From: an uncultured Gemmatimonadales bacterium | Lineage (GTDB): Bacteria > Gemmatimonadota > Gemmatimonadetes > Gemmatimonadales > Gemmatimonadaceae | DNA length: 64,000 nucleotides | Reading direction: 5' to 3' | Assembly: GCA_963701965.1 (NCBI GenBank) | Contig: OY969695.1 | Span: 2,112,001 to 2,176,000 of the forward strand | Part shown: piece after piece, positions 1-9,138 of the stretch | Layout: the number at the start of each line of letters is the position of its first letter | Position numbering within the stretch: the first letter of the stretch is position 1 | Notes under the pieces: model-generated | The model's input: the letters and a program-made list of their open reading frames with translations, nothing else | What the model was told of the DNA's origin: nothing | Database searches by the model: none | Translations under genes and position numbers: made by a program

Positions 1-37
1 GTCGGCGCGGCTCGATCGCGAAGGCGCGCCACCCCGC

Positions 38-922
38 TCAGGAGAACAATGGCGAGCCCTGTAGCTGCAACACGTCGCCGCCATCGAGATGAAGGACCAT
101 CTCGATCTGTCTCTTCTCGTTCTTCTTTTTGGGCAGCTCTTGCACGTCGATGGCCGTAATACGCTGTCCGATCGCGCGCTCGAGCTCTGCCTGGACTGAG
201 AGATCACGGTAAGCGAGCGTGCGCGCGAGCTTGTACCGGAGCACGCTCCGACTCGACTCACTCAGAGTCGCCAGATAGCGCGAGTCGGTCAGCAGCTGGC
301 GCGACACGACACCCGTCCGATTGATCGCAACCGCGCCCGCTGGCACCGCAGGGTTTCCCGCAGGCACGGGGAAATACCCGCTGCGTAAGCCTCGTTGCAC
401 GTCCAACAGTCGCTCGGGTGTGCGGAGCTCGTGTGGCCAGTCCTCCTGGATCTCGGCCGCCGTCAGCAACGGTGCAACGACAATCCATTGATCGGCATCC
501 TCTCGCATCCCAGCTTGTTCAGTCGCTTCCGATTCCGACATACCGTTGCGTGTGAGGAAGCGCACCAGTCCATTGAAATCCTTCTCCATCTCGCACTCGT
601 GGCTCAGCACCATCACCGGCCCCCAGCGAACCAAGTGAGCCGCGTGGGGGACCATGCTGGTGGTGGGCGGGGGAGACCACAACGGATACGTGGCTGCCCG
701 GCCTAGATCCGCCTGTGCATCCAGTGGCGGTGGGACCTGCGCGACCAACGCCGAGTCGGCCTGACCTGGCACGAGGGCGCTTGTCGGACACAGGAACAGG
801 TCGCCCTGGACCAGTACCTCGTGGCGAGGGCCGAAGTACTCGTTGAACTGCGGGACGTCCACGTCAGCGTCGACGGCGCCGCGAGGGACGAGGACCCTCG
901 GATTCCTCCGGCGCGTTGTCAC
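38..922 (-). CDS. Hypothetical protein, possible PemK/MazF-like fold toxin; third gene of the TIGR04255-like operon
   Basis: 294 aa ORF, GTG start preceded by AGGCGGGG. Motifs QGDLF, VMVLSHECEM, VVAPL, YFPVP and RYLATLS. Fold assignment is inference only. Confidence 0.6.
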   Translation of the reverse strand: MTTRRRNPRVLVPRGAVDADVDVPQFNEYFGPRHEVLVQGDLFLCPTSALVPGQADSALVAQVPPPLDAQADLGRAATYPLWSPPPTTSMVPHAAHLVRWGPVMVLSHECEMEKDFNGLVRFLTRNGMSESEATEQAGMREDADQWIVVAPLLTAAEIQEDWPHELRTPERLLDVQRGLRSGYFPVPAGNPAVPAGAVAINRTGVVSRQLLTDSRYLATLSESSRSVLRYKLARTLAYRDLSVQAELERAIGQRITAIDVQELPKKKNEKRQIEMVLHLDGGDVLQLQGSPLFS

Positions 923-1748
923 CCCCGCCTAACACCGCCATCCTCGACCACGTCAGGTCCCCTGGCTCCCGATCCTCCTCCGTCCCCGACGTCGTCGTCG
1001 CTCCGAGCCGCCGTCCCGTCCGACTGGCGACCGGCGATGTACTCGCACGGTCCGCGATCAACGTCCGCAGGTTGTCGAAGGGACTGGGCGAATGCCGGAC
1101 ACCACGCGACCATTCAATCGCAGTCGCTATGGCATCAATAGCCGCGCCTATCGCCCGCGTATTCCAACGCCGGGCTGACAACAAATCCAGGAGGGTCGCG
1201 CCGGCCGCAAGTGGTGTCACGAGATACACGCCCACCGGCTCTGCCGATCGGTTCGCCCATCGGGTCGCGAGGTTCGCCAAGGCTCCCAATCGCCGCTGAT
1301 ACTGCATCCTCGGCGACGCCGTATTGTCCTGCCACGCATATAGCGTCGTGCGCGCCACCCCAACGACATTCGCCAGTTGAGTCATCGTTAGTGACAAGTG
1401 CTGGCGAACGTGGTCGATGCGCGCCGATACCGACAGGTCGAACTCGACCGGCCGAGTGAGTGCCGGGAAAGTTGGGTGTGCGCTTCCGGAGTGGACAGCC
1501 GCGACGTCTAGCACAGTGATGACCGACCCGGTCGCTCCCGGTCCCCACGCCACCAATGCGTTGGGCGCATAGAGCGTCCCGCCTGTGCCAATGCTGAACA
1601 TCCCGCGAAAACTGGAACCCCACGCCAGTGCGCCTCGGATCGCCGGCGGCGTTCGAGACCCCGTCGGGACTGTCAGCGAATGTGGACCTGGGAACTCAAC
1701 GCACTCCTCAAACGCCTCACCGGTGTGGCCTACGACGATCGCGTTCAT
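864..1748 (-). CDS. XRE/Cro-like HTH protein with low-complexity C-terminal tail (putative antitoxin/regulator)
   Basis: ATG at 1748 overlaps the upstream stop (ATGA). HTH segment LSLTMTQLANVVGVARTTLYAW. The 3' end is uncertain (864 or 919). Confidence 0.7.
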   Translation of the reverse strand: MNAIVVGHTGEAFEECVEFPGPHSLTVPTGSRTPPAIRGALAWGSSFRGMFSIGTGGTLYAPNALVAWGPGATGSVITVLDVAAVHSGSAHPTFPALTRPVEFDLSVSARIDHVRQHLSLTMTQLANVVGVARTTLYAWQDNTASPRMQYQRRLGALANLATRWANRSAEPVGVYLVTPLAAGATLLDLLSARRWNTRAIGAAIDAIATAIEWSRGVRHSPSPFDNLRTLIADRASTSPVASRTGRRLGATTTSGTEEDREPGDLTWSRMAVLGGGDNAPEESEGPRPSRRRRR

Positions 1749-2539
1749 ACGCGCCCCGCTCCGACCGGCTCCCATAGCTCTCGCGCGTACGATGTCGTCG
1801 CTTGCTGGAATGCGCTGCTCAGTGCCTCGTGCAACTCGCCGGTCACATTGACGACCGCGTCGACGTCAAAATCGATCGATCGGTCGGTGAAATGATCGAA
1901 GTCGAGGGTGACGCTACGTGTTGTTCCGAGCAAGGGATCAAATGCCAACGTGCTCGGCTGAAGATCTGCCGGTAGGAATTGCGGTGACGGTAGCTGGTAA
2001 CAGCGCACCGCCAACGTGCCAACAGCCGTCTGCGCCAGCGATTCCGTGCGGAACCCACGCACTCCGTCGGATTGGATCGCCAGTCCGCTGAACGCGAACC
2101 CCAATAACTCTCGCGCGACGTATCGATCGAACGACTCGTCTGGCTTGACGCGGACAAGGTCGACATAGCGCAACCCGACGCGCTCCACGAGCGCACCTGC
2201 CGCGGGTTCAGCGATCGCCTGCAGCGCCAGGCGCAGGCCCTTGGCGAAGACGTCGTACGATTCGTACTGGCTCGTTGAAAGTGCGAGGGTGCTTTCTGTC
2301 AGCGTAATCCCGACGTTCTTGTCCCGATTCAGGAAATCCCATCGACTTTTGGTGCTGATCGATGGCGCATTCCCTCCGCCGACCCGAACAGTTGCGATCT
2401 CACCCTCCAGATAGCGCGGGAAACCATTCCCTTGGAACTCATGCTGGATCTTCGGAAGCTGTTTCTTGAGTGTCAGCACAGGCGTAAACGCAACCTGTGC
2501 AACAACATAGATAACTGGCGGGTGGCGAAGCCTGGTCAC
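1745..2539 (-). CDS. TIGR04255-like protein
   Basis: N-terminal LRHPPVIYVVAQVAF, central RVGLRYVD and C-terminal LDFDH...LHEALSSAF match my recollection of the family pattern. Confidence 0.8.
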   Translation of the reverse strand: MTRLRHPPVIYVVAQVAFTPVLTLKKQLPKIQHEFQGNGFPRYLEGEIATVRVGGGNAPSISTKSRWDFLNRDKNVGITLTESTLALSTSQYESYDVFAKGLRLALQAIAEPAAGALVERVGLRYVDLVRVKPDESFDRYVARELLGFAFSGLAIQSDGVRGFRTESLAQTAVGTLAVRCYQLPSPQFLPADLQPSTLAFDPLLGTTRSVTLDFDHFTDRSIDFDVDAVVNVTGELHEALSSAFQQATTSYARELWEPVGAGRV

Positions 2540-2644
2540 CGTATCTCTTGAAAAGTGTACGCAAAACCTAACACCAAAACCGACACTTGGACAGACGAGA
2601 AATGGGCGGCTGATGTTTCACCACGGCCTGCCCGAGCAACGTCG

Positions 2645-3910
2645 CTAGTTCTGTGCGCTGACCGCTGCGCGGACGAGCAGCAGGTCCCGCTCCCGGACGT
2701 TGCGCGTCATCGACGCCGCCCGCTCGAACTCGACGCGGGCTTCCCCGTGCCGGCCGAGCTTGGCGAGGAGATCGCCGCGGACGCTCGGCAACAGGTGGTA
2801 GCTGGCCAGCGCGGGCTCGGACGTCAGCTCATCGACGATCTCGAGACCCGCCGCGGGCCCGAACGCCATGGCGATGGCGACTGCGCGGTTGAGCGCGACG
2901 ACGGGGCTGGGAAGGAGCTGCGCGAGCGCATCGTACAGCGCCGCGATCCGCTGCCAGTCGGTCTCGTCCGCCGTGCGCGCCCGCGCGTGGCACGCCGCGA
3001 TCGCCGCTTGCAATGCGTACGGTCCCAGCGCACCGCCCAGCGCTTCGGCGCGCGCCAGCGCCGCGAGACCCCGATGGATCAGCACATGGTCCCACCGCGC
3101 GCGGTTCTGGTCGAGCAGCAAGATCGGCTCTCCCGACGGCCCCACGCGCGCCTTTGACCGCGACGCCTGGATCTCCATGAGCGCGACCAGCCCGTGGACC
3201 TCCGGCTCCCGCGGCACCAGCTCGGCCAGCACGCGACCCAATCGCAGCGCGTCTTCGCACAACCCGGGCCGCATCCAATCATTGCCCGCGGTCGCCGAGT
3301 ATCCCTCGTTGAACACGAGATAAACCACTTCGAGCACCGAGGAAAGCCGCGCCGCCAACTCGGCGCCCCGCGGCACCTCGAACGGGACGCGGGCCTCGGA
3401 GAGCGTCCGCTTCGCCCGCACGATCCGCTGGGCGATGGTCGACTCCGCCACCAGAAACGCCCGCGCGATCTCGTCGGTCGTGAGACCGCCGAGCAACCGC
3501 AGCGTAAGCGCCACGCGCGCCTCCGTCGACAAGACCGGGTGGCACGCCACGAACATCAGTCGCAGCAAGTCGTCTCCCACGTGATCATCGATCGCGGCGT
3601 CGAGTGCCGGCTCCGGCGTCTCCTGCCGCGCCTCCATCTCGTGTCCCAGCTGCTCGTGCTTCCGCTCCAGCAGCTGACGGCGGCGTACCGCGTCGATCGC
3701 CCGGTGTTTGGCCGTGGCCATGAGCCAGGCGCCCGGATTATCCGGGACGCCCGTCTCCGGCCACCGCTCCAGCGCCGCCATCAGGGCGTCCTGCGCCAGA
3801 TCCTCGGCCAGCCCGACGTCGCCCACCATCCGCGCGAGCGCGGCGATGAGCTTCGCCGATTCGATCCGCCACACCGCATCGATCGCGCGGTGGGTATCGT
3901 GAGCTCCCAC
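2645..3910 (-). CDS. ECF sigma factor with C-terminal TPR-like extension (ECF42 type)
   Basis: Region 2 (AEDLAQDA, WPETGVP) and region 4 (LTTDEIARAFLV, QRIVRAK), long C-terminal extension, next to DGPF genes. Confidence 0.92.
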   Translation of the reverse strand: MGAHDTHRAIDAVWRIESAKLIAALARMVGDVGLAEDLAQDALMAALERWPETGVPDNPGAWLMATAKHRAIDAVRRRQLLERKHEQLGHEMEARQETPEPALDAAIDDHVGDDLLRLMFVACHPVLSTEARVALTLRLLGGLTTDEIARAFLVAESTIAQRIVRAKRTLSEARVPFEVPRGAELAARLSSVLEVVYLVFNEGYSATAGNDWMRPGLCEDALRLGRVLAELVPREPEVHGLVALMEIQASRSKARVGPSGEPILLLDQNRARWDHVLIHRGLAALARAEALGGALGPYALQAAIAACHARARTADETDWQRIAALYDALAQLLPSPVVALNRAVAIAMAFGPAAGLEIVDELTSEPALASYHLLPSVRGDLLAKLGRHGEARVEFERAASMTRNVRERDLLLVRAAVSAQN

Positions 3911-4263
3911 TATCGCTCAGGCGCGTCGTGCATCTGCCGGACTTCGCTGACGCCATCCACGCCCACGATCTTGAGAAAGCGGACGGCCTGCTCGATCGCC
4001 TCCGCTTTGGACTTCACCTCGAGGATCGCGTAGCCGGCGACCAACTCCTTCGTCTCGGCGAACGGTCCGTCACGGACCACGATCTTGCCGCCCGAAGACT
4101 CGACGCGCGCGCCCTTCGCGCTCGGCGCCAAACCATCTCCGCCGAGCAGGATGCCCTCCTGCATCATCTCCTCGATCAACCGGCCCATTTTCTCCTGCTC
4201 TTCGGGGGTCGGTCCCCGACCGTCCGGCTCGACGGTCGGTTTCCACAGCGTCATGAATCGCAT
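3910..4263 (-). CDS. YciI/DGPF family protein
   Basis: VRDGPFAETKELVAGY motif. Confidence 0.92.
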   Translation of the reverse strand: MRFMTLWKPTVEPDGRGPTPEEQEKMGRLIEEMMQEGILLGGDGLAPSAKGARVESSGGKIVVRDGPFAETKELVAGYAILEVKSKAEAIEQAVRFLKIVGVDGVSEVRQMHDAPER

Positions 4264-4275
4264 CGTTGGAACTCC

Positions 4276-4713
4276 TTATTTGTCGCGCTGCGCCTCGCGC
4301 TGCGCCGCGCCCCGCGCCCGGCGCGCCAGCACCTCCGCTTGCATCTCCGGCGTGAACTCGTCCCCGAAGTCCGCGGCCTCGGCCACCTGCCGGATCTCGA
4401 CCGTTTCACCCCCGTCGAACGGGATCCGCTTCACCCACTCGACCACCTCTTCCTTGGACTTGGTCTGCAGGATCCAGAACCCCGCCACCAGTTCTTTGGT
4501 CTCCGCGAACGGCCCGTCAACCACCGTGCGTTTGCCCTTCGAGAACGTGATCCGGGTCCCCTTGGCGCTCGACAGCAAGCCCTCACCAGCCAGCATCACG
4601 CCATTCTTGACCAGTTCCTCGTTGTACTTCCCCATCGTCTCGATCGCCTTCCCGTCCGGCATCTTGCCTGACTCGCTTTCGGCCGTCGCCTTGACGATCA
4701 CCATGAATCGCAT
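4276..4713 (-). CDS. YciI/DGPF family protein
   Basis: VVDGPFAETKELVAGFW motif; AGGAG RBS. Confidence 0.93.
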   Translation of the reverse strand: MRFMVIVKATAESESGKMPDGKAIETMGKYNEELVKNGVMLAGEGLLSSAKGTRITFSKGKRTVVDGPFAETKELVAGFWILQTKSKEEVVEWVKRIPFDGGETVEIRQVAEAADFGDEFTPEMQAEVLARRARGAAQREAQRDK

Positions 4714-4747
4714 TGTCCTGTCTCCTCGTAGGGGGGTCTATACTCAC

Positions 4748-4774
4748 GTCGAACGAGAGGGAGCAAAATCGACA
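4748..4774 (-). promoter_or_regulatory. Putative ECF42-dependent promoter (-35 TGTCGA, -10 CGAC)
   Basis: Minus strand reads TGTCGA-N17-CGAC about 35 nt upstream of the DGPF-DGPF-sigma operon, matching the ECF42 consensus as I recall it. Confidence 0.7.
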
Positions 4775-4818
4775 TGACCCGCTTACCAGCCCAGTCCGCC
4801 GTCGATAGTATTACGTTT

Positions 4819-5496
4819 ATGCTGAAATCCGCCTCATACGCGGCCGTGCTCGCTTTGGTCGCGGCGGCCTGCAGCAGTGCAGGTATGCGGCCATCGACCC
4901 AACCCGGTCCGGCCGCGCCATCGCAAGCCGCGGGAAACCCCGCTGGCATCGCCCAGGCGAGGGCCGATAGCGCCCGCCTTCCATATACCAAGGCGGACAT
5001 CGACTTCATGTCGGGCATGATCCATCACCATGCCCAAGCCATCGTGATGGCCAAGTGGGCCCCGACGCACGGCGCGAGCCCGTCCGTGCAAACGCTCTGC
5101 GAGCGGATCATCAATGCGCAGACCAATGAAATCGCCACGATGCAAACCTGGCTGCGCGACCGCGGGCAGCCGGTCCCGGAGGCCACCGCCAGCGGCATGC
5201 CCATGATGATGAACGGGTCGATGCAGAACATGCTCATGCCCGGCATGCTCACGGCCGACCAGATGAAGGCGCTCGATGCGGCGCGAGGCGTGGACTTCGA
5301 CCAGCTGTTCCTCACCGACATGATTCAGCACCACAAAGGCGCCGTCTCGATGGTGCACGATCTGTTCGAGACCCAGGGCGCCGGCCAGGATGAGGCCGTG
5401 TTCAAATTCGCATCCAATGTGAACGTCGATCAGACCACCGAAATCGACCGCATGGAGCGGATGATCGTCGCGATCAAGCTCGGCATCACGCAGTGA
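4819..5496 (+). CDS. DUF305 (ferritin-like) lipoprotein
   Basis: Lipobox VAAAC; two MIxHH motifs (GMIHHHAQA, DMIQHHKGA). Confidence 0.9.
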   Translation: MLKSASYAAVLALVAAACSSAGMRPSTQPGPAAPSQAAGNPAGIAQARADSARLPYTKADIDFMSGMIHHHAQAIVMAKWAPTHGASPSVQTLCERIINAQTNEIATMQTWLRDRGQPVPEATASGMPMMMNGSMQNMLMPGMLTADQMKALDAARGVDFDQLFLTDMIQHHKGAVSMVHDLFETQGAGQDEAVFKFASNVNVDQTTEIDRMERMIVAIKLGITQ

Positions 5497-7505
5497 TCAC
5501 CCCCTCGGAGAGATCCTCAATGGTACCTCGCTCGTCTTTTACTCTCGCTGCCGCGCTGCTCGCCGTCGCGGGCTGTAGTCACTCCATGGCCTCCGCGGGT
5601 TCGGAGAGCCCCGCGCCGAGCAAGGGCGGCTACGATATGTCGACCAAGGCGCCGAGTCCCGATCCGCGCGTCGGGCTCAAGGCCGGCAAGTACGACGCCG
5701 CCGAAGCCAAGTGGAACCTGCACGTGGTGTCCGAAACCCGGCCGTCGACCAAGTTCGTCGACGTCACGAACTCCGACATGGCGTTCTCGGGACAGTACGT
5801 CATTCAGGGGAGCTACGCGGGCTATCAGGTGTGGGACATCAGCGACCCGAAGCAACCCACGCTCAAGACGGCGTACTACTGCCCGGCCTCGCAGAGCGAT
5901 GTCTCGGTCTACAAGAACTTGCTGTTCGTCTCCGCCGAAGCCCCGACGGCGCGCCTCGACTGCGGCAGCGAAGGCGTGAAGGACACGGTCAGCAAGGAGC
6001 GCATCCGCGGCATCCGGATCTTCGACATCACGGACATCACGGCGCCGAAGTACCTCACGAACGTGCAGACCTGCCGCGGCTCCCACACGCACACCGTGCT
6101 CGTGGATCCGAACGACAAGGAAAATATCTACGTCTATATCTCGGGCTCGGCGGGCGTCCGGTCGCCGAACGAGCTCGCGGGCTGCTCCGGCGCCCAGCCG
6201 GGCGAGGATCCGAACTCGGCGCACTTCCGCATCGAGGTGATCAAGGTGCCGCTCGCGCACCCCGAGCAGGCCGCGATCGTCTCGTCGCCACGCATCTTCA
6301 ATGACCTCGCCGCCGCGCCGACACACGGGATAACTAACGTAGACGCCGTCGCGCTCAGCGATGCCAAGGCCAAGGGCGCGTTCGTCGCCCACATCCGCGG
6401 ACAGGATTTTCAGCTCCCCGACCCGATGGCCGCGCAGCTCCTCGGCGATATCGTCAAGGCGCGCGGCGGCAGTGGGGCGCCGACGCACGCCGACAGCACC
6501 GAGCTGCACCAGAACCTCGATCCGATCGTCCGGAAGCGGTTCGGCTTGCCGGCCGTCGACCCGCCGCGCACCGGTCCCGACCAGTGCCACGACATCACCG
6601 TGTATCCGCAGATCGGACGCGCCGGCGGCGCCTGCGAGGGGTACGGGATGCTCCTCGACATTCGTGATCCGGTGCACCCGCGCCGCCTCGCCGCCGTGTC
6701 GGACTCGAACTTCTCCTACTGGCACTCGGCGACGTTCAACAACGACGGCACCAAAGTGCTGTTCTCCGACGAATGGGGCGGCGGCGGCCAGCCGAAGTGC
6801 CGCGCCACCGATCCGCACCAGTGGGGCGCGGACGCGCTCTTCACGATCCAGAACGACCAGATGGTGTTCCAGAGCTACTACAAGATGTCGGCGCCGCAGA
6901 CGAAGTATGAGAACTGCGTCGCGCACAACGGCTCGCTGATTCCGATCCCGGGCCGCGACGTCATGGTCCAGGCGTGGTATCAGGGCGGCATCTCGGTCTT
7001 TGATTGGACCGACGCCGCGCACCCGCGCGAGATCGCGTTCTTCGACCGGGGCCCGGTCGACTCGACCCGCATGGCGGGCGGTGGATCCTGGTCGGTGTAC
7101 TGGTACAATGGCGTCATGATCAGCTCCGAGATCTCGCGCGGACTCGACATCTTCGAGCTCCAGCCCAGCGGCTTCATTTCGCAAAACGAGCTGGATGCGG
7201 CGAAGACGGTGCATTTCGCCGAGCTCAACGTGCAGGACCAGCCCAAGTTCGTCTGGCCGACGACGTTCGTGTTGGCCCGCGCCTACACCGATCAGTTGGA
7301 GCGGTCGGGCGGTCTTTCGTCCGGTCGCGTCGCGGCCGTCCGGTCGGCCCTGGCCGGCGCCGAGAAGGCATCCGGCAGCGCGCGCAGCACCGCGTTGACG
7401 CAGTTGGCATCGCAGCTGGACGGCAATGCGGGCAGCTCGAAGGACGGAGGCAAAGTGCAGATGTTGTCGGCCACGGTGAAAGCCCTGGCGGCGTCGTCTA
7501 ACTAA
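5493..7505 (+). CDS. LVIVD-repeat secreted/lipoprotein
   Basis: Lipobox AVAGC; repeats WDISDP, FDITDI, LDIRDP and FDWTD; usual partner of DUF305. Confidence 0.85.
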   Translation: MITPSERSSMVPRSSFTLAAALLAVAGCSHSMASAGSESPAPSKGGYDMSTKAPSPDPRVGLKAGKYDAAEAKWNLHVVSETRPSTKFVDVTNSDMAFSGQYVIQGSYAGYQVWDISDPKQPTLKTAYYCPASQSDVSVYKNLLFVSAEAPTARLDCGSEGVKDTVSKERIRGIRIFDITDITAPKYLTNVQTCRGSHTHTVLVDPNDKENIYVYISGSAGVRSPNELAGCSGAQPGEDPNSAHFRIEVIKVPLAHPEQAAIVSSPRIFNDLAAAPTHGITNVDAVALSDAKAKGAFVAHIRGQDFQLPDPMAAQLLGDIVKARGGSGAPTHADSTELHQNLDPIVRKRFGLPAVDPPRTGPDQCHDITVYPQIGRAGGACEGYGMLLDIRDPVHPRRLAAVSDSNFSYWHSATFNNDGTKVLFSDEWGGGGQPKCRATDPHQWGADALFTIQNDQMVFQSYYKMSAPQTKYENCVAHNGSLIPIPGRDVMVQAWYQGGISVFDWTDAAHPREIAFFDRGPVDSTRMAGGGSWSVYWYNGVMISSEISRGLDIFELQPSGFISQNELDAAKTVHFAELNVQDQPKFVWPTTFVLARAYTDQLERSGGLSSGRVAAVRSALAGAEKASGSARSTALTQLASQLDGNAGSSKDGGKVQMLSATVKALAASSN

Positions 7506-7522
7506 GCGCCACCCAGCAGCAA

Positions 7523-7561
7523 AAAGGGCCGCCGGCTACCCTCGGGAGCCGGCGGCCCTTT
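7523..7561. terminator. Bidirectional intrinsic terminator
   Basis: 15-bp stem AAAGGGCCGCCGGCT...AGCCGGCGGCCCTTT between convergent genes; overlaps the aidB stop. Confidence 0.85.
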
Positions 7562-9129
7562 GGATTATTGCCCGGCTGTTCGCGGCCGCCGGCAGGGTCC
7601 CCAACACGTGCCCGCCCTCGCCGAGTCGGCTCGCGCAGAACGCGTCAGCGATGGCCGGCGGCGCGAACCGCACCAGCAGCGCGGCTTGCGCGGCCAGCAC
7701 GATCGCCCCCGCCAACCATCGGGCCTGGCTCTCGTCCGTCCCGGGCGCCAGCGCGCGATCGAGTTGCGCGACGAACCGGTCGAGGCGCGTATCACCGCCC
7801 CGCGCCAGCGCGAGCTCGGCGCGCAGCGCATCCGCCGTCTCTGGCGTGCGCTCGAGGGCGCGCCGGACGTCGAGGCACATGATGTTGCCCGACCCTTCCC
7901 ATATCGAGTTGACGGGCGCCTCGCGATAGAGGCGCGGCATCACGGACTCCTCGACGTAGCCGTTGCCGCCCAGCACTTCGAGCGCCTCGCCCACGACCGC
8001 GATGGCGCGCTTGGTGATCCAGTATTTCGCCGCTGGCGTAAGCAGTCGCCGGAGCGCCGTCTCGCCGGCATCGTCCGGCGCATCGAACGCCCGCGCCAGA
8101 CGCAGCGCGAGATGCGTGGCGGCCTCGGATTCGAGGGCCACATCGGCCAGCACGTTGGTCATGAGCGGCTGATCGACCAGCCGTGCGCCGAACGCCCGGC
8201 GATACCGCGCGTGGTGCAGGGCTTGGGTGACCGCTTGGCGCATGAGCGCAGTGCTGCCCAGCGCGCAGTCGAGACGCGTGTAGGTCGCCATCTCGATGAT
8301 GATCGGAATGCCGCGTCCTTCGTCGCCGACGAGCCAGGCCAGCGCGCCGTCGATCTCGACCTCGCTCGACGCATTCGACCGATTGCCGAGTTTGTCCTTG
8401 AGGCGTTGGAGGCGGAGCGCGTTGGGCGTCCCATCCGGCGTCCAGCGCGGCACGAAGAAGCACGATAGGCCTCCGGGCGCCTGCGCCAGCATCAGAAACG
8501 CATCGCACATCGGCGCCGAGAGAAACCACTTGTGCCCCGTGAGGCGATAGAGCGCGCCGTCCCGATCGGCGCGGGTCGTGTTGGCGCGCACGTCGGACCC
8601 GCCCTGCTTCTCCGTCATGCCCATGCCCATGAGAGCGCCGGTTTTTTGCGTAACGGGCGCGAACCGCGGGTCATAGCGGCGGGACAGGATGTAGGGGAGC
8701 CACTGCCCGGCGATCGCCGGGTCGTGGCGCACGGCGGGCACGGCGCCGTACGTCATGGTCAGCGGGCACTGGACGCCAGCCTCGATCTGCGACAGCAGGA
8801 CGACCGCCGCCGCGCGCGCGACGTGCGCACCGGGCCGGGGATCGCTCCACGGACTCGTGTGCAGTCCTTCGGAAACCCCCAGCGCCATCAACTGATGCCA
8901 GGCCGGGATGGAACTCCACGACTGTATCGAGGACGGGCGGGTTTCGATTGGCGAGAAATCCCCACTCGATCGTCTCAGCCGTGCCCAGCGTCCGACCCAG
9001 GTGAAAGAGACGCTCCTGGGCCCAACCGGCGCCCTCGCGCTCGACGGCTTCTTGGAGCGCGCCGTCGTCGGCGAACACGTTGTACTCGACCAGCGGTGGC
9101 GGCTGATTGAAGACCCCGTGGGTCGTCAT
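7536..9129 (-). CDS. aidB: AidB-like acyl-CoA dehydrogenase (+1 frameshift near 8905)
   Basis: N-terminus MTTHGVFNQPPPL, GMGMTEKQGGSD, KDKLGNRSNASSE and NSIWEGSGN. Removing one base at 8905-8907 restores EFHPAWHQLM. Confidence 0.85.
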
Positions 9130-9138
9130 GCCCCCAAG

